This document shows, piece by piece, positions 37,201 to 48,359 of a DNA stretch of 64,000 bases. The notes beneath the pieces are model-generated. The model did not search any database and had not been told where the DNA came from. It worked only from the letters and a program-made list of their open reading frames with translations. A program made the translations under genes and the position numbers. This DNA comes from Lama guanicoe (lineage: Eukaryota), in the NCBI GenBank assembly GCA_013239625.1, contig MU053934.1:7459352-7523351 (forward strand). The letters run 5' to 3'. The first letter of the stretch is position 1; each line of letters opens with the position of its first letter.

Positions 37201-38739
37201 GGGCCTTTGGCTTTTTTAAGGTCATTATGAAGTCAGGCTGATGAGGGTCCGAGCCTGGCCTCCTTGCTAGCCGCGTGCCTTGGAGAAAACTGCTTCACTT
37301 CTTGAGCCTCATCTGTACATGACAGGAGAAGGCCAGGTATGCTAGGTACTCAAAAACTGAGACCAGGTCTTCTATGGGGGCGCTGACTTCTCCTGCAGAT
37401 CTGGAGAAAAGGTAGCTCCTCATGGGGGCCCTGGCTAGGCCAGGCAGCCCCTCCTCAGAGGAGGCCTTCAGGAGAGGGACTCTCTCAGGCCACTGAGACA
37501 TACTCAGGGATTCATCCGGTCATCTGTGACTCCTGCCCTGGTGAGAGTCTGGCCAGTACGTGGTTGCCACCAAGTGGCCTTCCTGACCATCATCAGTGGC
37601 TGTCATCCCTGGTGGGCTGGGCCCAAGGTCAACCCTCGCTCTCTGCTCATATGGTTTTTGTGGCTCCTTGGTACCGACAAGCACACAAGGCAATGGCGTT
37701 CCAGCTTCTTCCCAGCTTCGTCTCCCACCACCTCCCACATGTAGACACTGCCTGCTGACCACCCCCCAGAAGTGCCCATCCACGCCCTTGCCTCTCCTGT
37801 CTTCCATAAACAAAATCCTGGGCCTGCCTCAAACTCCACCAGTTTCATACGGCTTCCTGACTCCTGGTCACACTCCTCATGTCCCTTCTATGCCCCCACC
37901 CGACGTTAATTTCCCGGAGCTGTCCCGAGGCTGGCACAGGAGCTCAGCGCCAATCAGGCAGGTCTGTGCTTTCTTCCGAACCTGAGAAGACCCCACGGGC
38001 CCCCGTTTCAGCTCAGGCTTATACGTGATGAAGAAAGGGAGATGGAATCTCCATTCACAGCCGAAGAATCACAGTTTAGGGGAAGCCCTGCCAGTCGTCA
38101 TCAACTGTAAGTTTGCCACTGGAGAGCCGATGTGGCCCTGAGCTTCGCACACTAGATAGAGCATTAAGCTTTCGGAATTCCCAAGCTTCCTCCCGTGCCG
38201 TGGCCTTGCCGTCAGGCGGTCTTTCTTTTCGATTAGCTAGACGTTAATAACGAGCCAAGATGTCGTCATTGTTTTGCTGGCAGAGGGCAATCTGGGGGAG
38301 TGCTCTAGCATTCTAGTCCAGGGTTGATGTGGCACTGAGCAATGAAACCCCGGAGCTGGGAAGGTGGGCCCCAGTCCCCAGCTGTGATCAGCCAGTCTCA
38401 AAGGTACCTACGCAGTCCTCGCAGCAACTGTGGGAGAGCAGGGCCAGGCCCTCCATCCTCCACCTAAAGACGAGCCAGGTCACGTGACTTCCCCTCCTCC
38501 CTCAGGATTCCACGCAGGCTCTGAAGCTCCCGGCTCCTTGCCCAGCTGCCCCAGAGCCTCCTCTTCCCCTCCAGCTGAGGGCGGGGCGGGGCTGGGTCAC
38601 TAGCAGAGCGGGATTCGGGATCCCCTTGCATTTCTGACAGTTCCTGAGGAGCCGAAGGGCTTGTACTTACGTGCTTGTGTGTCACAGCTGTTAGGGATTA
38701 CCATACTAGACACTAGCTGGGGAGACTTATACTTACTAA

Positions 38740-38826
38740 CTTATTTAAAAACGGAAATTAAAAATTTATTACATGTTAACATTAATACATTTTTTTGGTT
38801 AAAAAACGATATTTTCCAAAACAAAG
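38740..38826. mobile_element. AT-rich hAT-Charlie-like fragment
   Basis: ttattacatgttaacattaatacattttttt...aaaaacgatattttccaaaacaaa resembles Charlie1 internal sequence (recall). Confidence 0.4.
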
Positions 38827-41800
38827 GGACAGTTGGCTGAGAGCAGAGTCCCTGCCGAGGAGCTGGGGGTGGGCACTGACTCTCGACCACACCGTCTGAG
38901 GCCCTGGGAGCGCACCTGGGCCCGGAGCCACAGCCCCTGGTTCTGCAGGCACCAGGCACTCCTGCCTCTGCTAGGTTGTGGGGGTGCCTCTCGTTGACCA
39001 GGCCTGTCACAGACCGGATGCTACAGGGGCCAGTCAGCTGGTGGTGACACGCCAGAGGGTGTTCGCTCTGTGAGGCTGAACATTACTACATCTCTCCTCC
39101 AGGAAGCCTTCCTTGGTCCCCAGGCCAGTCAAGGGCCTTCTGGACGCCATGTCCCCCTTGCTCACAGCACTGATACGGTGGCTGTGTCGCTCCTCTCTGC
39201 TCTCCATGTGACTTGAGCTAAGCTCTGAGTCTTCTCAGTGACCTCACTGTCACAGTGACAGGTCTTGCCCAGGAGGCGACACTCTTGAGTCCTCACAGTG
39301 AAGGGAGGAGAAATGGAATAATCCTGCCCCTCCACGAGAGTCTGGGCAGAGGTCTGGGTCTCACCCCCAAGCAGCTACCAACCTGGGAAACAGGCTGATG
39401 TGGAGTGAGCAGCTGGGAAGAGCAGCCACCAACAGCCAGGCTCACGTGAGGCTGGAGTCTGCTCAGCCTGAGTGCCTCCAGAGGCCACTTCTCCCTGAGA
39501 AGCTGGTCATCACAGTATCGCCGTCACATTTAAAAATGGTCCTAACAACCACTCCAAAGGCTACCACTGCCTAGCTGTGGGGCAGGGGTACAGCTTCCTC
39601 TGTACTGGTAACTTAGCCCCTTGCCCAGCTGTAGACACGGGAACCACCTGCCTTCCCCTCCACTCTGGGCAGCACTGGCTTCCACAGGCCATGAGAAGCC
39701 TGGCTTCATGGCTGGCAGAACACAGGTGGTCAGGGCTGGCTAGATCCTTGCAGTCCATCTCACAAATGGAGAAGACGAGGCCCCGAGGCAGGAGTGACTG
39801 TCTCAGGTCATATGGCAGGAATGGAACCAGGCCCCTGGGCTCCCAGCTATGGCCCTCCTGCCCTGGGGGTCACTGAACTACACTTGTGGGACCCAGATGG
39901 CTGACAGGCAGCAAGCATTTTCTGGAGTGAACAGAACTAGGAACCTGGCACAGAGTTGGTCTAGTAAATGTGGCCTGTTACTATTAATTGTCCTCAGAAT
40001 AAAAGCCTATTAAAATTCAAGGCCAATTCAGACTCTGTGAAGCTCTCTGGGCAGCCCCTCAAGAAAGCACAGAACCCTTGCTCCTCTTTAACCTTTCCCC
40101 AGCTGCCACTGAGCGTGAGGCCAGAGCCGCAGCTCACCTGCAGCACCGTCAAGTTCACACGAAGCCTCGTCTCGCACGCATGCGTCACCTCTCTAGCCTT
40201 TCCAAACGGTGCCAGGTTCCTTGAGCAGCCGTGCTTTACAAAAGCCGGGGTCCCGACCTCTGGCCTGCTTGTCCTCTGAGTCTCCGCTCTCCCTTTGTGG
40301 CCACCACTGGCCTTCCTTCTGGGCTGGAGGCACCAGATCAGCCTCGGGCAGGCCTGGCCCCCGCCCTCCACAGCTGCTCTGTGAAAGGTCATGGGCTCTC
40401 AGCTGAGCAAGGTCATCACTCTGGCTGCCTCTCAAGCGGGAGGAGAGCTAAAGGGCTGGCCGATGAGCCCCGCACCTCAGGGCAGCACCAAGCTGAGCCT
40501 GCTCCACCAACTCGCCTCCCTGGGGCTCGGCCTGAAAGCGGCTCCCATTGTGGGATAACTGACGCCTTCATTCTCCCAGCACAGCTCGAGATCTGCCGCA
40601 CAGACGGCGCTTCCTGGCTCTGTCTCTTCCTGCGGGAGGCAGGCCAGCTCTGAACTTCCTCCTGTGTGTGTCTCCCTGCAGCAGGTGAGCTCCCACCAGC
40701 AGGTGAGCTCCAGGAGGCAGCGTCCTGTCCCTGCTGTGGCCCGTGCCCAGAGCCCTGGCCGCACGACAGAGGCGCAGGAGATCTTACTGGGGAGCGAGTG
40801 CAGAGGCAGCAAGGAGGAGGCCTGCTCCCACCACGTGCTCACACCAGCAAGAGGCCCTGAGGGAGACTGAGCCTCATACAGGGCTGGGGCTGGAACCTGC
40901 CTGCTGGTACCTCTGCTCAGACGCCTTCTTCCGTTTTCTCAGCTGGGAAATGGGTGGTCAGAATCTTTACCTCTGGAGGTTGCCGTGAAGCGCAAGTGAG
41001 ATGATTGTGTAGTATGCGGCACAGAGCGGGTTCCTAAGAAAGTAGGACTGCCACCAAAGCGTTTCTACTCTGCTCCTGCTTCATTCTGTCTTGTGTTAAA
41101 TGTGAATAGTTGCTAAGTTGCTCTCTCCTGCCAAACAGGGGGAATCTGAGGGGAGACCTGAGCTTTATTCTTTTCTGTACCTAAGTACCCAGCACAGAGC
41201 CTGGCAGAGTTAGGGATCAGCAAACAGTAACGGAAAGAAAGCGAAGAAGGACGGGGGTGAGAAAGAGAAGGAGGGAGGAAGAGAAGAGAGCAATGAAGGG
41301 GATCTTACCTCTGAGCAGATTAAACCCACTGCCTATTATTTAGGGGGCAAGGCGAGAGGCATAGAGAGCCTGGAAAGCACTATTGTGGCACCTGCTGTTG
41401 TGTTTTCTATGAAACACAGGACCTCAGGACATCTGATGGAAATTCACAACACATGTTACAGGCTCTGAGAAGTTCTGCAGTCATTCATGGGATAGCCCCC
41501 GTCCCCTCACTCAACACAGTATCCTGGGGAGCTCTGCCCCAACCCCTCTGGGAGGCTCTGAGTTACAGGCTTAGAGATCCCAGAATGGTCCACTTCATCC
41601 TCATCTTACAGGTCGTGGTGGCTCAGAGACTGAGGCGGCACAGGGCAGGGCAGGGAACAGGGCACTAACTCCCACCACATGGAGCCTGGCATGGCTTCCT
41701 CTGTGCCTCAGAGCCTCAGGGGTAGGGCAGATGGCTCTCCCTTCTTGTCTTCTCAGGAAGGCTGTCCTGAGGGCAGGAAGCTAACAGGTAGTGTTCCTGG

Positions 41801-42479
41801 GGCCCAGCAGAGGTTTGAATGTTAAAGGTGAACCCTAGGGCATGCAAGGTGCGTGGTACCAAGCACTTCCGCTCCAGGAGAATGGTCCTGGCTCCACATT
41901 AGAAGGGACTCCAGGTCCCCCACCCTGCTGCGCCCCCATCCCAGCTCCTCTGAAGCAGCCAGGCCCGTTTCTGCCAGCTCCGGCTGGCACACTGTCTCCA
42001 CTGATGCCAGCCCGCAGGCTCCTCCAGGACAAGGGCCGAGCCCAGAACTGGGCACCGAGCAGGCTTTCCGAGCCTGCCGAGCAGAAGGGTCCCGGCTCAA
42101 ACTCTGTCCTCCTGTGGCCCCTGCTTTGTACCATGTCTGCTCTTGGGAACTGCACACAAGGGAGCTGCCGCTGGGCCAGGTGCAGGCATTGCCTCAGCTT
42201 CACTCTCCTTCTCAACACCACGCAGTGCCGCGTCCAGCAGAAAGCTCTGCTTCTCCCTCCTCCTTGAGGAGAAGTGAGATAGAATTTGAGTCGTTCCCAG
42301 AAATCCTGGGCTTCAGGGGCCTGCTGCCAGTCAGGCCAGGCTGCCCGCCAGGTCGACTCTAATTTGATCCAACCCATCCAAATCCAATTATGTTCTGCAA
42401 ACTCGGACCAAGTGTCTCCTTGGTGCCCAGGATGGGGCGGGGAGCAACGAGGACACAGAAGCGTTGCTGCCACATCGCC

Positions 42480-42600
42480 GGGTCTATATTCAGACTCCGT
42501 CACTTGCTGTGTGACCTTAGACAATCACATCACCTCTCTGAGCCTTAGTTTTCACCTGTGGAAAGTGGATAGTCACAGGACCTGCCTGCCTCACAGGCAC
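42480..42600 (+). mobile_element. MIR SINE fragment
   Basis: cacttgctgtgtgaccttagacaatcacatcacctctctgagccttagttttcacctgtggaaagtgg. Confidence 0.7.
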
Positions 42601-43899
42601 TCAGCGTGCAGTCCCTTCTCTGGGCCAGTGAGGCTGGCTAAGGGTGCAGGGAAGGATTGAGGGCCTTCACCCTGGGCAGAGGGAGCCATAGAAAGCTTGT
42701 AAATCGGGCAGCAATGCACTCTGTGTTAGAAAGATCTCTGGATGCTGCATATGGAGGGAACCTGCCGGGGCAAGAGTGCAGGCAGGAAGCAGGTGGGAGA
42801 CTACTGTTCTCACCCCGAAAGGGATGAAGGAGCCTGGAGGGAAGGCAGCGTCTGTGGGGACAGGGAGGAGGGCTGGACTGGGGACACATTTCAGAGCCCC
42901 TTTCTCTGAGCTTTCCAGAAGACGTGAGGCAGGGACTCTGGCTCTAACTATACTTTTACTTAATTTACCCCTCGCTATAAAGCCTGAGATATGGCTATTG
43001 CATGATTTCATAAACAAGCACACGAGGCTGGATGAGGGTGGGGGAAAGACGTGCCAGGGCCACACTGTGCACGAGAGGCAGGGCCAGAGTTCCGAGCTGC
43101 ACCTTCCTCTCCCAAGTGCCCAGAGCTTCCTTCTGAAGGGCTGCTCCCCAGGTTCACGCCTTCCCTAGCCCCTGTGACAGCCCCCTGCAGCCCTTTCCCA
43201 CCAGGGCCTATTTTCCCAAAGGCCTTCTGTCATTTTTGGATGGTCCACAAGAGTGTGCGCAGAGGTAAACGATGGCAGAGTCTGCCTGCCCCAAACCAGT
43301 GTGTACACCGTGTCTTTTGCAAAGCAAAGTTCACGGATGCATCTAAAACAGGGCAGTGTGTGTGGGGGGGTGCGGGCTCGATCTGTTTGTACTTAGGAGC
43401 AGGCCTTTCTTGTAGCCCCCGGCCAGAATAACAAAGCTGGAATGTGTGCCTCCCAGGGGTCGTTGCTATGGTGACTTCATCAATAACATCATTTTCCGCA
43501 TCCCTGTCCCTTAAACACTCGGGAAGGGAAGGCAAGCTGGGAACTGCAGAGCAGGGAGAAAAGAACAATTACGTTGCTCCGCCCTCCCCCAACTCGGGAG
43601 GAAGGGATCTTCCTCCCCTTCCACCTCATCAGTACAAAATGACGGAGCCCAGGATGGGGCTGGAGCCTTGGGAGGCGGCAGGAAGAGGCTGCTGCCATCC
43701 CCAGCCCAGCCTCAGCAAGCCGACCAAGCTAGGCAGGGTAAAGCAAACATAGGCTCCCACGTGCTTCAAAGAGGGGCTGAAGGAAACACCAGAAGGGTCT
43801 TGCTTTGGGGGGAAGACGCAGGAGCAGTGGCGGGGATGGGACCGTGGGAGAGGTGACAATGACAACAGCTGTGCACGTCCGTCCAGAGCTGCCTGTGTG

Positions 43900-44060
43900 T
43901 CGGGCTGTGCCACACGCTCCACATGTGTTATCTCATGAATTCTCCTGACAGCTCCGCAGGGCGGTTCTATCATGGTACTAGCCTCACTTAACAGATGAGA
44001 ACACTGAGGCACAGAGAGGTTAATAACTGAGGTAAGGCAAGGCGGCGGGGCTGGATCTAG
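43900..44060 (-). mobile_element. MIR SINE fragment
   Basis: acatgtgttatctcatgaattctc...aacagatgagaacactgaggcacagagaggttaataact. Confidence 0.7.
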
Positions 44061-44689
44061 GGACAGTGTGAAATCAAGACAGCCTCTGTGCTGCAGAACA
44101 AGCAGGGCAGAAATTCGCGGCTGCTGACAGCCTTGCTCCCGTTACCGAGCGCCCACGGCACACCACACACTTCACGTGAATAACTGCCCGTAAGCCTCGT
44201 GGCCGCTTCCAAGTAGGTGCTGTTACCCCCACTTTGCGAGCGAGGAGAGTAGGTCGAAGAGAGGCTCGGTAACTTGTCCGGGGGTCACGGGTGGGACAGG
44301 CATTCATGCTCACTTCAGAGCCTGTGCTCCCAGTGGGCTTCCAGGAGGCAGTGTTGCATTCACGTCCAGGGGAGGGGCAGGGAAACCAGAGTGGCCCCCT
44401 TCTACTCCACTCCCCATGGTGATCTGGAGCCCTGAAATGGCCAGGCCCCTGCCTTCCCTGGCTATGTCCACGCTTCCATGTTGTCTCTCCAAGCCCACCT
44501 CAAGCGCCAGCTTCTCCAAAGTGCCTGTTTTTTTACCCAACCTTTCCCGCAGCCAGGGAGTGACAGCTCCATGTTCCTCAGATTCCCGGCCTGAGATCAC
44601 TGAGGCAGAGCCAGGAGCACACCCTGTTCACTCCTGATCTGCAGAGCCTAGCCCCAGACCTGGCACAAAGGCAGAGACAGAACACAGGC

Positions 44690-44825
44690 CCTTACAATAC
44701 CACCCTGCAAGGTAAGCAGTTTTGTCCTCATTTTACGGAGCTGTTCAGAGAAGTTGAGCAATTTGCCCTTGGTCACTTGGGTTGGACGTGGTAGAGCTGA
44801 AACTTGAACCCTGTTCTGTCTGCCT
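44690..44825 (-). mobile_element. MIR SINE fragment
   Basis: cctcattttacggag...cagagaagttgagcaatttgcccttggtcac...gtggtagagctgaaacttgaaccc. Confidence 0.65.
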
Positions 44826-45119
44826 TGAAGACCCACCCTTCTCCAGCTGCAGAGGGAACTTCCCGGAGCGTAAACGTGACTGTGTCTTCCTAACTGTTAA
44901 AAACCCTTCGATGCCCCCACGCCGGCCAGGGCTCATAGGGTTAGGCTGAAAGTTCTCAGCATGGTGGTCCAGGTCCTCCAGACCCACTCCCCCCCGCGGG
45001 CCACGGCCTAAGGGAACAGGGATGCTCTGCTGTCAGCCAGCACAGACTGCCTTCCCTTCTCACCTTGGTCCCTTTGGGGATGTAGCCTTCTGCCTGGGAC
45101 ACACTCTCTCTCCTTTGAA

Positions 45120-45430
45120 TAGTAGCTTCTGACTAGTTATTTGAGATTCTGCTCCAGTGTTACCTCTTCTAGGAAGCCCTCCTTGTTGCCACTCTTACCT
45201 CGAGTCACTCGGCTAGATTAGGGGCCTGGCCTGGGCCTCCACACCCCGGACTCCCCTCTCTCATAGCACCCCCACACGAATTGTAACTTCTAAGTTTGCT
45301 GGGTCTCCCTCACCAGACTGGGGGTCCTTGAGGAGGCAGGGCCCAAGACTGAGCCGACTCTTTGCCTCCCCCACCCCTGGCCCTGCACGATGTCCATCCC
45401 CAGAGTGAAGGCCTGAGAAATGTTCGCTGA
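45120..45430 (+). mobile_element. L2 LINE 3' region fragment
   Basis: gttacctcttctaggaagccctccttg...caccagactggggg...aaatgttcgctgaa shows typical L2 3' blocks. Boundaries are approximate. Confidence 0.5.
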
Positions 45431-46686
45431 ACCCAGCTGTACTGGCGAGGGGCCTGGGCTTGGCCACTCTGGGCTTTGGACTCTGCATCAGAACAGCGGC
45501 CAACACTCAGGCAACATGATGCCTCTGTCTGAAGGCCCAGGCGGCTGCTGCCTGCAGTGCAGGGCTGGCCCCAAGCCTGTGCCGCCTGCCTGCCCACCCG
45601 CCGGTCCGGCTCCACCTCAAGCCCCTAATTACACTCCAAGCATCCGTGCCTGGATGGTGCGCTGAGAGACTCTCATTATGAGGCCTGGGCTTAGCAGAAA
45701 TGCAGGACTCTGTCTCCCATCCTGTGCCCCCAAAATTACATCCTCCCTGGCAATTCCAGGCCTGGCTGGGGTGTCCCACACTAGACCCCCAGCCGACCGT
45801 GAGTCCAGCCTACCCCGGGCTGCAACCCTAGGGGTGGCCCTACATGGGAAATGGGAGTAAGACTGTGGGCTTCCACTTACCCAGAGCTCCCCAGTGCCAG
45901 GCCCCATGACAGGCTCTTTGCCAATGCCCCGAATTGACCGTCTCCATGACTCTGCATGCCAGGTGCCATCAGCAGGCCCACCTGACAGGTGACAATGCTG
46001 AGGCTCAGAGAGAGGTCTCTACCTTGTGTGGTGGAGTGGGGCCCCACCCCTCTGAGTGCCAGGTACCAACAGCAGGCCCACAGGGGTCCCGGCACCTTGG
46101 CTGAATGCTCACTTCACACCACCAGCCCTGGTGCCCTCTGGGCTGCCTCAGTGGCCCTCCGGGGGACTTTGCTCTGCTCCTTGTCCTCGCCAGCATCTCA
46201 CTGCCCTCATCAGCCTGATCCTTTCCCACTGTCCCCCAGGCACACAGACCCCTTTACCTTCCCACCACCTCCAGCCCTACTTCCAGGCTTGAAGGCCCCC
46301 AGCCAGGGCCCCGGGAGGACTGGCCCTTCTGAATGTGCACCCCGCCTCCCCTCAGCACTCGCTGGCCAGCTGGTGCAACCACGAGAGTCCAGCCCTCCTG
46401 TGATTTGAATCCCGACTCCTTCCACATTCCCCTGCTCAGTGGCCTGTGGGGTCTCTTTCCACCAATCTTTAGGGAGGGTCTCCTTCCACAGGACCAGCCT
46501 GCTTTCTGTCTGTGCCTTTCACCCGCTTGGCTCTCACAGCGGCTGGACCACAGTCCAGCCCATCATGCGTGTTTAGCAAACACCTGTAGTGTGGCTGGCC
46601 CCGAAGTGCCTGGTTACTTACGAACAAGGGCCCGGCTCCAAATCAAAGCCGCCCTACTCTGAGTTTGCATATGAGCAAACTGCCAG

Positions 46687-46750
46687 AGGGACTGGTTTTC
46701 TGGAAAGCTAGAACTGGAAGGGACTGGTTTTCTGGAAAGCCAGAACTGGA
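46687..46750. repeat. Tandem duplication, 2 x 32 bp
   Basis: agggactggttttctggaaagc(t/c)agaactgga occurs twice with one mismatch. Confidence 0.95.
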
Positions 46751-47463
46751 AAGGAGCTTAAAGAGCATCTAGATGAAGTCTCAACTTTTCCACTGAGGGG
46801 GCCAAAGTCCACCGGACTGGACCCACCCTGGGCCACGCAGTAGCCATTAGTGTCCACACGGAGCCTTGGCTCCCAGTGCCTTGACCCTCAAGTTCCTCAT
46901 TCTTTCCGTCACATCAGGAGGTGGCTTACGAGGCATTGCTGGTTCGGGGGTCACTCACCCACTCAGTCACTTACTCCTACACTTTTGCTGGGCAGCACCT
47001 TTGTGCAGGCCCAGCTCGAGCGCCCACCTGTCACAGGTGCATTTTCAGCTAAGACCAAGTCCTTTGCCACGGCTGCTCACTGGGTGGGCAGGCACCGTGT
47101 ACAGGACAGACGGACAGATGGGCAGACAGAGAATTCAGACTGTGGCTGACTCCTGGCATGTCAGGTGAGAGCAGAGAGGCTGGGCTGGTCTGCCCTCTCA
47201 GAAAGCGGACACGGACACCAGCCTCCCTTCAGCTCCTCACCTCCTGTGCCTTGGCCAGTCCTGCCACTGGGAGCCCCCGGAAAGCTGCCTCTGTGAGGTG
47301 GGGGGGGAGCTTGTCTGATGGCTGTGAGGACCACGTGGCAGTCTGTGCAGACACACGTGGACAGATGTCTGCAAGACTGCAGGTGCCACGGGAAGGTCAG
47401 CATCCCCGGGTGGGAGGGTGGGCCTGGTTTCACCAGCTCTACTTCCCACATCTATTCTGGCTC

Positions 47464-47673
47464 NNNNNNNNNNNNNNNNNNNNNNNNNNNNNNNNNNNNN
47501 NNNNNNNNNNNNNNNNNNNNNNNNNNNNNNNNNNNNNNNNNNNNNNNNNNNNNNNNNNNNNNNNNNNNNNNNNNNNNNNNNNNNNNNNNNNNNNNNNNNN
47601 NNNNNNNNNNNNNNNNNNNNNNNNNNNNNNNNNNNNNNNNNNNNNNNNNNNNNNNNNNNNNNNNNNNNNNNNN
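47464..47673. other. Assembly gap (210 N) flanked by a ~64-bp direct repeat
   Basis: Run of N; 47399-47463 is nearly identical to 47674-47737. Confidence 1.
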
Positions 47674-48161
47674 AGCATCCCTGGTGGGAGGGTGGGCCTG
47701 GTTTCACCAGCTCTACTTCCCACATCTATTCTGGCTCGTTGTAAGGTGTGTGGCCTGGAACTTGCTGGGTTTCCTCCTCTATGAAGCAGAGGAGGAAGGC
47801 CACTAAAGAGAGTCAAGAGGGAATGGCTCCCGCTCAGGGTCCCCGACCACCCCTCTCAAGACGCAGGTGGTGCTCAGTAAAGGCTGGCCTGCACCACCCG
47901 CCAGCCCCCTTTGGCCAACTCTACAGTGTCTGTCCCTTTGGAGCTGCACACTCACCTTCTCCTCCATCTCTTTCCAAGGATAATGGTCCTTCCTCTTCCT
48001 GCCCCTGAAGTTCCCTAGCTGGTCACTAGGCGTCACCACAAGCACATCCAAGCCCCTCTGAGGCCCAGGTGAACTGGGAACACAGGCTTGTGAGACTTTC
48101 TTACCTCCTGAGATTTTACTCTGCTCAGGCTCTGGAGGCTAGAGATGGCCCCTTCCCGCCC

Positions 48162-48359
48162 CAGGGCTGCCAGATATAGCAAATAAAAACATAGGCTACC
48201 TGGCTAAGTCTGGCTCTCAGATAAATAATAAGTATTTCCCGAATATACGTATGTCCCAAGTGTTGCATGGGTCATATTCATACCAAAAGAAAAAACTAGT
48301 CATTGCTTATATGAAACCCAAATTGAAATGGGTGTCCCATATTTTATCTGGCAACCCTA
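48162..48359. mobile_element. MER53-like palindromic MITE (hAT-type DNA transposon), near full length
   Basis: Terminal inverted repeats cagggctgccagata / tatctggcaacccta and internal symmetry around tatgtcccaagtgttgcatgggtcata. Matches the recalled MER53 consensus. Confidence 0.85.

Noticed and set aside
40679-40711. Short 18-bp-period duplication of cagcaggtgagctcc containing a donor-like CAG|GTGAGC
   Set aside because: It is on the antisense strand with no supporting exon; a trivial slippage duplication.
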